The notes under the pieces were generated by a model. That model was not told the DNA's origin, did not search any database, and saw only the letters and a program-made list of their open reading frames with translations. From Octopus sinensis (taxonomy: Eukaryota): DNA of 64,000 nt. Below, piece by piece: positions 25,743 through 36,796 of this stretch. Every line of letters starts with the position of its first letter. Position 1 is the first letter of the stretch. Location: NCBI RefSeq assembly GCF_006345805.1, contig NC_043018.1, positions 11,656,001 through 11,720,000 on the forward strand. The letters are read 5' to 3'. Both the position numbers and the translations under genes were made by a program.

Positions 25743-26721
25743 GTAAGTAATTATTTTCTTCTTGTTTAGCCCCACCGATTCCTGATAGCGCAAACTTATG
25801 ATTAAAAGCGTTCCACTCCTGACTATTCAACAGTGAATCTAAGAGTATAATTATGTTATCCATTAAAATATATAAAAAAAAAGTTTGATACTGAGGAGAT
25901 TTGGCTGCTAATTTTAGCCGTTTCAACGACCACACAGAGGATGGTTTTTGTGAGCTGGTAACTCGTTTGCGCGTATGTGGGTGTATGTATGTGTGTGTGC
26001 ATGTGTTTGTGAATGTGTGTGTGTGTGCATGTGTGCTTATGCCTGTGTGTGTAAAGGTTTCTTCCAACCAATATCCAATGCCAGGTACAGTTTTATAAAA
26101 TTCAAGTTTAACTTTCTCAGAGTCGGAGACACTCAACGGTACAACAGAACAAAGTTTATCCGTGATTATTATTTGAATATAAATCTGTGGATCAGATTTT
26201 CGGATCAACGATTCCCTCAAAAGTTCTCAGTTTCGACGGAGACTTTTCCAATTTATTTCTCATTACAGCCTCCAAAATAATAGGGACTCGGGGAGCATCT
26301 TTTTATGAAAAAAAATTTCGGAAAATTTATGATTTTAACCAATTTTGTTTTGCCCAATTCACTTAAAAACAAAGGAAGATGCCTTTTCGGCAAAAACTAT
26401 AGATTTTCAGACGAAAACGTAATTTAAGGATGATTTGGCTGTTGTTTCTAACATACCCCATGACCACCTTCTTTCTTTCTTCCTCACTCACATGTTTTGA
26501 TGGTTTTCAATATTTTTCTACATTTGAACATATTTAAGCTATTAAAAAAAAAAATTGAAAATTTATGATTTTTTTCCCTCTCTACATTTTCTGTTTATAA
26601 TTTTATAAAATAGTGAAAAGTCTGAGAAAGTAATTGAGATTTATCCAAGGATTTTGGAAAGTGGTGTGAAAAAAGTTAATTTATTTTAATAGCATAACTT
26701 TCTGTTAGCAAATATTTTCCT

Positions 26722-27050
26722 GCACACACACACACAACACACACAGAACACACGCAACACACACACACACAACATACACACAACACACACACACGCAACA
26801 CACACAACACACACACAACACAACACACACACAACACACACACAACATACACACACACACACACACGCAAGACACACACAACACACACACACACGCAACA
26901 CACACACAACACACACACACACACCACACACACGCAACACACACGCAACACACACACACACACGCAACACACACAACACACACACAACATACACACACGC
27001 AACACACACGCAACACACACACAACACACACACACACGCAACACACACAC

Positions 27051-27094
<44 letters not shown>

Positions 27095-27148
27095 ACACAC
27101 ACGCAACACACACACACACACACGCAACACACAACACACACACACACG
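26722..27148. repeat. Degenerate (CA)n array with CAA/CGCAA interruptions
   Basis: Direct reading. Confidence 0.95.
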
Positions 27149-27564
27149 CAGAGCCTCGCTTGTTCGGGGGTGGGGGTGGGGGGTGGAGCTATTAATTTAA
27201 ATTGCAATTTTTTTGTTGTTGCTTGTTTCCCAAGAAAATATTGAAAACCATCAATAGAGGTGAGAGTGACAAAGAAAGGAGTAAGGGCGTCGAGGGATGT
27301 GCTTGAAACAACAGCCAAATTCCTTTAAATCCCCTGAAAATAATATTTACAAAAATTTTTTTTTTATCAAAATGGTTTCGGTAATCTTTCGGTATTGGTT
27401 TCAGAACTGTTAAATGTTTACAGCTGTTCGTTCGTTAGTTTCCGTAGAAAATTATTATTATTATTTTTTTTTACTTTTGGTTTCATGACGCATCGAAGAC
27501 AATATTTGCTTTGAAGTTGGAAAGTGAAAGAGGAGGAGGGAGACGGGTGCGTGTATGTACGGGT

Positions 27565-29445
27565 ACACACGTACGTACACCCATTATCTTTCTTAGACAC
27601 ACGTACGTACACCCATCTTTCTTAGACACACGTACGTACACACATTATCTTTCTTAGACACACGTACGTACACCCATCTTTCTTAGACACACGTACGTAC
27701 ACCCATTATCTTTCTTAGACACACGTACGTACACCCATCTTTCTTAGACACACGTACGTACACCCATTATCTTTCATAAACACATGTACGTACACCCATC
27801 TTTCATAGACACACGTACGTACACCCATTATCTTTCATAGACACACGTACGTACACCCATCTTTCTTAGACACACGTACGTACACACATTATCTTTCATA
27901 GACACACGTACGTACACCCATCTTTCATAGACACACGTACGTACACCCATTATCTTTCATAGACACACGTACGTACACCCATCTTTCTTAGACACACGTA
28001 CGTACACCCATTATCTTTCTTAGATACACGTACGTACACCCATCTTTCTTAGACACACGTACGTACACCCATCTTTCTTAGACACACGTACGTACACCCA
28101 TTATCTTTCTTAGATACACGTACGTACACCCATCTTTCTTAGACACACGTACGTACACCCATTATCTTTCTTAGATACACGTACGTACACTCATCTTTCT
28201 TAGACACACGTACGTACACCCATCTTTCTTAGACACACGTACGTACACCCATTATCTTTCTTAGATACACGTACGTACACCCATCTTTCTTAGACACACG
28301 TACGTACACCCATTATCTTTCTTAGATACACGTACGTACACCCATCTTTCTTAGACACACGTACGTACACCCATTATCTTTCTTAGATACACGTACGTAC
28401 ACCCATCTTTCATAGACACACGTACGTACACCCATTATCTTTCATAGACACACGTACGTACACCCATCTTTCATAGACACACGTACGTACACCCATTATC
28501 TTTCATAGACACACGTACGTACACCCATTATCTTTCTTAGACACACGTACGTACACCCATTATCTTTCATAGACACACGTACGTACACCCATCTTTCTTA
28601 GACACACGTACGTACACCCATTATCTTTCATAGACATACGTACGTACACCCATCTTTCATAGACACACGTACGTACACCCATTATCTTTCATAGACACAC
28701 GTACGTACACCCATCTTTCTTAGACACACGTACGTACACCCATTATCTTTCTTAGACACACGTACGTACACCCATCTTTCTTAGACACACGTACGTACAC
28801 CCATTATCTTTCATAGACACACGTACGTACACCCATCTTTCATAGACACACGTACGTACACCCATTATCTTTCATAGACACACGTACGTACACCCATCTT
28901 TCATAGACACACGTACGTACACCCATTATCTTTCATAGACACACGTATGTACACCCATTATCTTTCATAGATACATGTACGTACACCCATTATCTTTCAT
29001 AGACACACGTACGTACACCCATTATCTTTCATAGACACACGTACGTACACCCATTATCTTTCATAGATACATGTACGTACACCCATTATCTTTCATAGAC
29101 ACACGTACGTACACCCATTATCTTTCATAGACACACGTACGTACACCCATTATCTTTCATAGATACATGTACGTACACCCATTATCTTTCATAGACACAC
29201 GTACGTACACCCATTATCTTTCATAGACACATGTACGTACACCCATCTTTCATAGACACACGTACGTACACCCATCTTTCATAGACACACGTACGTACAC
29301 CCATTATCTTTCATAGACACACGTACGTACACCCATTATCTTTCATAGACACACGTACGTACACCCATTATCTTTCATAGACACACGTACGTACACCCAT
29401 CTTTCATAGACACACGTACGTACACCCATTATCTTTCTTAGACAC
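27565..29445. repeat. 29/32-bp minisatellite (~60 units), unit ACACACGTACGTACACCCA(TTA)TCTTTC(T/A)TAG
   Basis: Direct reading; unit starts 27597 and 27626 give 29 bp, and an extra 3 nt (TTA) gives 32 bp. Confidence 0.97.
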
Positions 29446-30014
29446 GAACATGCATGCGTGTGCGAGCGCATGTCTCTTTCCCCTTTAACTTCCAACTTCA
29501 AAGCAAATGTTACCAAAAGTAAATAAATAAAAAATTTTCAAGGAATTTAACAAACGAAGCTGACAGTTCTGAGACCAATATCAAGTGATTGTTAAGGTTC
29601 CCCACCATGGTTTTTAAGTGCACTGTGCCATTAAAACTGGCTGAAATCGGTCCGGAGTGAGGTAGGGAGAGGTGATGGGGTGAAATAAATCACAAATTTT
29701 CCAAAATTTTTTCATAAAAAGATGTCCTCCCCCCCCACTATCATTTTCATGGTGAAAAAAATCACAAGTCCCTTCTAGGAGATGGCCCTGCTTGATATGT
29801 AAGAAGGGTGTTGATAGAAATTCCATAGAAATCCTACATTTCGGATTCAATCCTTCATCAGGGGGCAGAGAAAAAAGTCAAACAAAGTTTACATCCTCTC
29901 AGCTTGAAAAACAGGCTGCAGCTGAATAATGGATGCAGAATAACATGAACTGCTAACGGGAAACAGAAAGGAGAAGGAAAAAGATGATGGAGAGAGTAAA
30001 TACCACCTCCCCTG

Positions 30015-30290
30015 CTCTTCCTCTCTTCTCAAACACATTAAATCTGCAATACCTTTCTCTTAATTTCTTCGCTTTCAACGACTTTGCAGCATTGGTTCGG
30101 ATTTTGAATCCCATTGCAAAACGATGTGACAGTTTTTTTCTAAATCACTTGTCGACCTGGCACTCCACCGAGCGCAAGCCATCAACCGCACTGCAGCTCT
30201 CCTACCATCTTCACGCACTTCCACCGACTGTATTCCACTCTCTCTCATCTACCACCCGTACATTCTCCCTCCAGCATGGCCACAGTCACA
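30015..30290 (+). mobile_element. Penelope-like RT C-terminal/linker fragment, with an inverted hammerhead relic upstream (29833-29863, minus strand)
   Basis: KHIKSAIPFS*FLRFQRLCS, LVDLALHRAQAINRTAAL, IPLSLIYHPY. Confidence 0.7.
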
Positions 30291-31059
30291 CAACCAAAAC
30301 AAATAAAACAATTAAAAAAACTATGCCATTTTAATCCCAAGCAATACCAGGTATCTCTGCTAGTATATATTTATTTGTCTCCCACTACACCACCACTACT
30401 TGACAACTGGCATTGGTTTGTTTACATCCCTGTAACTTAGCAGTTTGGGAAAAGATTGATAGAATAAGTACCAGTCTTAAAAATAAGTACTGGGATCAAT
30501 TTGTTGGACTAAACACTTCAAGTGGTGCTCCAGCATAGCCATAGTCTAATGACTGGAATAAGTAAAAAGTTAACGATATAGCTTCAATATCCTCCTTGAA
30601 TCTTTCCTGCACCCGTTTTGAGAACCACTGAAGGCCTTAATAAACAACTGATTGTAATTTAGGTGCAAAGCCAGCATTTTAGAGGAAAGGGGTTAGAAGC
30701 CTGCATTTTATTTGATTGACCCCAAAAGAACAAGAGGTAAAGTTGACCTTGATGGTACTTGAACACAGAACATAAAGGGTTGTAAGAAATATTGGTTTCA
30801 AATTTCAGCACAATGCCAGCAAGTTTGGGTTAGCAGGTAAGTCAATTACAGTTCTCAACTGGTGTTTGTTTTATGACCAAGAAAGAATGTAAGAATGAAA
30901 GGTGAACTCAACCATGGCGAAAGTTGAACTCAGAACGTAAAGATGAATGAAACACCGCTGAGCCTTTTGCCTGGTGCAGTATCGATTCTGCCAGCTCGCC
31001 ACCCTTCGGCTGGAAGAAATATTGCAAGGCCAATCCACTGGCCTTTAAGTTTAATGAAC

Positions 31060-31093
<34 letters not shown>

Positions 31094-31586
31094 TTCCTAT
31101 ACATTTACATATGTTGTGTGTGCGTACGTTTACTGCCCAGTGTTCAAATTTGAGGTGAAAAATGAGATAAAAGGAGAGTGGGGACACAAACAACTGAAAT
31201 GCTAATATGAGTAGTGGTGGGAGGTTGAATTTGAAAGGAAACAGAAGACTATGAGAAATGACAACTGGCAAAGAGAGGCCTGAAGAGAAGAATGCACAAA
31301 GATAATAGGTTAAGATCAAAGTACAAGTGTTGACGAGGGGAAGGAAGGGAGGGAGAGAGAAAAGGAAGAGTGTGAGAGAAGAGAGAAGGAAGAGGGGAAA
31401 GCAAAAGAAGAGAAAAACTACAAGTGGGAGAAGAAAAACAACCGAAAGGCATTCAAAGTGACATAGATCAGCCCTTATTTTAAGCTTGAATGAACAAAAT
31501 TTAATGGTGACATAAAACAACGACCAGAATCATTTGAAGTTTATTTTACTTAATTTATATTCATCCCGTGTTTGTTTGTTGAAACT

Positions 31587-31664
31587 ATGCTGAAATTTAA
31601 GCCTATTAGAAACAAACTAGCTCGATGTTTTCTTGCGGAGTTTCTGGGTACTTTCATACTCTTG
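31587..31664 (+). CDS. AQP3/7/9/10-like: Aquaglyceroporin, proximal first coding exon (1b): MLKFKPIRNKLARCFLAEFLGTFILL
   Basis: AAACTATG start, AEFLGT motif, 78 nt, phase-0 donor |gtaagt. Confidence 0.88.
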
Positions 31665-32955
31665 GTAAGTAATCAATTAAATTGCTATTAGATTGTTTCA
31701 AACCCCAGATCATCCTTTCCCCTTGATAAGTATATGCAAGGCTATATCATATTCAATGTAATATGAAGGAGTTTTAACTGCTATTTCTATTTTTTTTGTC
31801 TTGCAAGTTCTTAGAGATGCTGTCAGTGCAGGTGCCACTTAAAAACACCCAGTCCATGCTGTAAAGTGGCTGGCATTTGGAAGGACATCCAGCTGTAAAA
31901 AACTTGCCAAAACTGACCTCACCTGTGCTTGTGCCATGTAAAAAGCACTAAGTCCACTCTGTAGGGTGGTTGGTGTTAGGAAGGGCATCCAACTGTAAAA
32001 AGTTCTGCCAAAACAGTTACAGAAGTCTGGCACATATTTCTACCTGGCTGGCTCCTGTGAAACTGTCCCACCCATGCCAGCATGGAAGGCATACGTTAAA
32101 TGATGATGATGAAGATGATGAAAGAACTGTCGGGAATCGACAGTGTTGATTGTGCACATTAGATTACTGTGTCAGTTTCATATCGTACCTACGTTTGGCA
32201 TAGTATAGAGCATGTTCTACATGAACATATTAATTCTGCGAAAGGTTATTCTAGATAACCATATCCAAATATTTGGGTGATACTATTCTACATCCTTGTG
32301 CACACCCCGATGTCGTTATAACATTGTTGGCAACAAGATATTCGAACCCCCATAGAATTCCTCTCAACACATGGCTTATGATGCTCCCCCACTACATCTG
32401 CTCGTGATCAGAGATGTATATATCACCAACCACTAAGGGACATGCTCAACTAGTTAAGGTCAAACAACCGACAAGCAAATCCGTGGTATTGAGCAGAATA
32501 TTTACGGTAACCCATCCTTTTATAACAAGACAAAACATGTACATGATAACATTTCCAATCGGTTAAGATCAGAAACCATGAGAACCACTGCCTGGTATTA
32601 CATCGGGGCGGTGGCGTCGTCATCATCATCATCATTATCATCAACACCACCACCACCATCATCATCATCATCATTACTATCACTACTATTATTATTATTA
32701 TAATTATTATTATTATTATTATTATTATTGTGGTAAGCTGACAGAATTGTTAGTGGAATGGACAAAATGTTGAACAGCTTTTCTTTTGGTTTTACGTCCT
32801 GTGTTCAAATGCCGCTTAGTTTTTCATCCTTTTGGGGTTGATTAAATAAGTACAAGGTGAACACTGGGGTCAATGTAATTGGTTTTCCCCTCCCCTCAAA
32901 AACTGCCGGCCCTGTGCCAAAATTTGAAATGACTATTATTACTATTAATTTTCAG

Positions 32956-33082
32956 TTGGTTGGAATTGCTGGTGTAGCACAGGTTGTCCTCAGTGAGAAG
33001 GCTGATGGAGATTTTTTCAGTATTAATGCATGCTGGGGTATGGCAGTGACACTTGGAGTCTATGCATCTGCAGAGGTATCAG
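32956..33082 (+). CDS. AQP3/7/9/10-like: Aquaglyceroporin exon 2 (127 nt)
   Basis: tttcag|TTG...TCA G|gtaagt; LVGIAGVAQVVLSEKADGDFFSINACWGMAVTLGVYASAEVSG. Confidence 0.93.
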
Positions 33083-33439
33083 GTAAGTGCAATGAATGTT
33101 TTCATTTCCTTCTGGTCTTTTTTTTCTTTTTTTTCCACAGATTTCACAGATTTCCTTGACTCTCTGTTGCCAACCAATTCTGCTATTATGAATTTGAATT
33201 GGGAGCCTGAGTCTTTCATTAGCTGGTTATACAACAATGGACAGCACCCCTATGGATGCATTGCTGTTACTCTCTTGAGAGAGCTTGGTGATCCTAACCA
33301 TGGATTTTCTATGATTCCTCTGCTCAGCATCAATGTAAGAAGCACATTTGGCTCAGCTGAGCTCTTACGCTGCCTCTTCACAATCCCCCACCCCCTGCTG
33401 CAGTCCCATGACTTTGCTGGATCCCTGGCAGGGTAGCTG

Positions 33440-33880
33440 AATGGGTGCCATACCTTGCCAAAGGGCAACTCATAACTATGCAAGGAATGGTGGTCACTTT
33501 GTGAGGTATTTTCAAAATACTTGCAAACCCTTCTGTGAACACTTTGATAAAATAGACATTTTTCTGGACATTCTAATGAATGAAAATGAGACATTTACAG
33601 CCAATCTCTACTGCAAGGACACAGACACACACTAATATTCAGATTTTAGATCTTGCCGCCCTTCCCATACAAAAGGGAACACACCGTTCAAATGGTAAGG
33701 TGTATATGGTCAATAGTTACAGACACAAAAGATACCTGGTAGAACTAAATGTGTTCCTTCAAAAACAGAAATACCCCAAAAAGCTAATGAATCATGCCAT
33801 AACCAAAGCAAAAGAAGTCTCGATCTCTGCCTTATGGAGAAACACTGACACTGAGGGGAAAATAAACATACAAATGTAAA
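33440..33880 (+). mobile_element. Penelope-like RT fragment (intron 2)
   Basis: IDIFLDILMNENETFTANLYCKDTDTH and LQKQKYPKKLMNHAITKAKE resemble the PLE RT thumb region; frameshifted. Confidence 0.6.
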
Positions 33881-34225
33881 TATTCCATTTGTAGTCACTC
33901 TTGCACTTCCCTCAGGTTGTATTTCCTTTGCAGCCGTGCACCTGTTTCTGTCTTCATTCCAAAGCTATGACACAAGGAGATATTGATAAATTGGGTTTGG
34001 CTGATCCTGTATGGGAAAATGGAGACCACCTCCCCCTGTAGGATGAAGTTAAGATTATAAACAGATGATACCACTGGAAAATACGAAAGTAGCACATATG
34101 CTAGGATACAACAACCTCCTAAGCAGACCAAGTGCAGATACGAGTAGCAGATAGGAACCGGTATTAAGGAAGGATAGCAAAATATTATATTTATACGCTC
34201 TAAAATTCACTCCGTAATTGCCCAC

Positions 34226-34475
34226 GGGCATATGGCATAGTGGTTAAGAGCGTGAGCTACTACCCCCAAGATTCCAAGTTCGATTCCAAGCAGTCACCTG
34301 AATAATAATAATAATAATAACATCAAAAAATACCTTAGGAATGAGAACCCAGGTTCGAAATTTCCCCAAGACACCTGATGAAGGCTGGAGGGTATATCAG
34401 CTGAAACATTGTGTTAACAACAAACAATATGAGGACAAATATCCATCAAATGTAAATAATGTAAACAATGTATGT
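34226..34475 (+). mobile_element. tRNA-derived SINE carrying a minimal type I hammerhead ribozyme motif (34370-34415)
   Basis: A box TGGCATAGTGG (34233-34243), B box GTTCGATTCC (34278-34287), (AAT)n, then GACAC-CTGATGA-A-GGCTG..CAGCT-GAAA-CATT-GTGTT. Confidence 0.7.
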
Positions 34476-35082
34476 AAAGCCTAATTTAAAGATTATCCCT
34501 GTTTTGTTCCTAGAATACAAATTTGACCTGTTCAGTTTTATCTTTATTACATAATAATAATAAATACCTACTTTATTTTTTCCTAGTAACCACAAGAAGA
34601 CATGGGAATTTAATCAATATCGTTTTAATTCAATAGTTGATCTACTTGAATAATTCGATACTTGGTTTTTTTTATGGCCTTTTAACTCTTTTGATACTCA
34701 CCTGCCTGAGACTTGGTTTTATGAGATAAATGTCTTGTTTTTAAGTGAGCTAAATTCAAACCTTCCATCAAACTTTCAGATTACTTTATGCTTCAAATAC
34801 TATCTTAATAATGTGAAAACTATTTTGTTAAATACTTCATTATTTTCAAACTCAACTGAAATAAAGCCAGTTTACGTCAGCAGAAATGTAGTAACAAAAG
34901 GGTTAAGTGACACAAGTTGTTAGGGAAAGGAGAGTAATTATGTATGTTATTGTGAAAAAAAGGAGAGTGGTGCGAGTTATTTTAACCCTTTTGTTACCAT
35001 ATTTTTGTTGAAATAAACTGCTTTTGTGTTAATTTTAAAATAGCAAAGAAACTAGTAAAATAACTGTCATTATTAAGCTGTT

Positions 35083-35420
35083 TGTGAAGGTGCATGGCTT
35101 AGTGGTTAGAGCGTCGAGCTTATGATCATGATGTTGTGAGTTCGAATCCCGGACTGGGCTGCGTGTTGTGTTCTTGAGCAAGACACTTTATTTCACGTTG
35201 CTCCAATTCACTCAGCTGTAGAAATGAGTTGCGACGTCACAGGTGCCAAGCTGTATCAGCCTTTGCCTTTCCCTTGGATGACACTGGTGGTGTGGAGAGG
35301 AGAGGCCGGCATGCATGGGCGACTGCTGGTCTTCCATAAACAAACTTGCCCGGACTTGTACCTGGGAGGATAACTTTCTAGGTGCAATCCTACGGTCAGT
35401 CATGACCAAAGGGGGTCTCA
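35083..35420 (+). mobile_element. tRNA-headed SINE (family with GTGTTCTTGAGCAAGACAC core); second copy at ~37335-37640
   Basis: TGGCTTAGTGGTTAGAGCG A box, GAGTTCGAATCCC B box, shared body with 37335-37640. Confidence 0.8.
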
Positions 35421-36220
35421 GCATTAAGCTGTTTGGAACATAAATTAACAGGAAATTTTGGTGGTAGCTTTTAATTTTGATCAACTTAACCCTTTAACAG
35501 TTAAACCAGCCATGTCCAGCCAAAATATTCTACCTGTTTTATGTTCAAACTGGTGAGATCTGGTCTCTCATGGCAACCCCTCAATATCATTCTAAAACTT
35601 AACAGTTTCCTCAAAATTGCAAAACTACACGAAAATGCATGATTAATTTAAAATCAATGTGAATAAATAAGCATTACTTTTGACAAAATAATGTGAATAC
35701 CAAAGAGTTAAACAAGGAAATTTGTATCCTAGTAGCAAAGGCAGTCTCAAGTGATGAACTTTCTGTGTGCTTCTGTTGTGTATTTATTGATTGTGGTGAA
35801 TGCCAGATATAGTAAAGTTTCAGATAAAATTCTGTAAATGTCAACTCTGTTTTATACTTACATCAAAGACTGGGGTTGACTAAATAGTCCTTCAACTTTA
35901 TTGTGTTCTATCATCCATGTCAGAAATCAACCATCTTGCAACCCCCAAGCTGTATCAGTCAGTGTGATGATAGGCGGGGGGGAAGAATGTGGCCAAAGAT
36001 AATGAATGCAATGGAGTGGTAGGGTTTTACTGTATAAGGGGGTGAGAAGACAAAGTAGAGTGATGGGAAGATAAGACACTATGTTTGAATATGAATAGGT
36101 CGATCAGATCTGTAGAGAGTACGAAACTAGATTTGAACTAGGGATCTGTTTTTTAAACTAGGGGTAACAATACCTTTATCGTTTAGATCACTAAATGTAC
36201 ATGGTAAAGAAACATGTTGA

Positions 36221-36450
36221 AGGCGGGGAGCTGGCAGAAACGTTAGCACGCTGGGCGAAATGCTTAACGGTATTTCATCTGCCATTACGTTCTGAGTTCA
36301 AATTCCGCCAAGGTCGACTTTGCCTTTCATCCTTTCAGGGTCGATAAATTAAGTACCAGTTACGCACTGGGGGCAATGTAATCGACTTAATCCCTTTGTC
36401 TATCCTTGTTTGTCTGCTCTGTGTTTAGCCCCTTGTGGGTAGTAAAGAAA
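36221..36450 (+). mobile_element. tRNA-SINE with a Deu/Nin-like domain, well-preserved copy
   Basis: AGGCGGGGAGCTGGCAGAAACGTTAGC...GAGTTCAAATTCCGCC..GACTTTGCCTTTCATCCTTTCAGGGTCGATAAATTAAGTACCAG. Confidence 0.8.
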
Positions 36451-36658
36451 TAGGTAAAGAAACATGATTACCTTTGATTGAGAAATAAAGGTTTCTGTTT
36501 CAAATTCGGCCAAGGACTATGTACATGACCACAGACAAGATATAAATAACAGAAAAGAAAAAATATATCATCTTGAAAGGTAAGGATAATAGTATGAAAA
36601 ACTAATAATATTTTTTTTTCTTTATTCTATCTTGATCTGACATTTTCTTTGTTCACAG

Positions 36659-36796
36659 GAGCTCATCTGAATCCTGCAGTCACTGTAGCACTTGCTATCT
36701 TCAGAAAGTTCTCTTGGAATCATGTTCCAGTGTATTTTGTAGCTCAGTACCTTGCGAGTTTTGCTGGGGCTGCTGTTGTGTACTTTGTTTACAAAG
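36659..36796 (+). CDS. AQP3/7/9/10-like: Aquaglyceroporin exon 3 (138 nt; first NPA)
   Basis: tcacag|GA GCT CAT CTG AAT CCT GCA...AAA G|gtatgt; GAHLNPAVTVALAIFRKFSWNHVPVYFVAQYLASFAGAAVVYFVYK. Confidence 0.96.

Larger units (their letters stand above)
26274..29747. mobile_element. Branched foldback-type element (A-B-[CA array]-B'-C-[minisatellite]-C'-A')
   Basis: Three inverted-repeat pairs seen by eye: 26288-26370/29610-29735, 26404-26520/27231-27340, and 27375-27545/29455-29590 (includes a perfect 19-nt match, 27504-27522 vs 29490-29508). Confidence 0.65.

Noticed and set aside
27565-29445. CRISPR-like appearance of short regular repeats (also considered for the 35-bp and 145-bp arrays)
   Set aside because: No unique spacers, no cas genes, and a eukaryotic intron-containing context.
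30335-30364. Second Helitron-like 3' end (CCCAAGCAATACCAGGTATCTCTGCTAGT)
   Set aside because: Hairpin is broken and no matching 5' part was identified.
34226-34295. Functional tRNA gene (also the heads at 35083, 36221 and 43966)
   Set aside because: A/B boxes are present but there is no complete cloverleaf or acceptor stem, and each continues into a repeat body; these are SINE heads.
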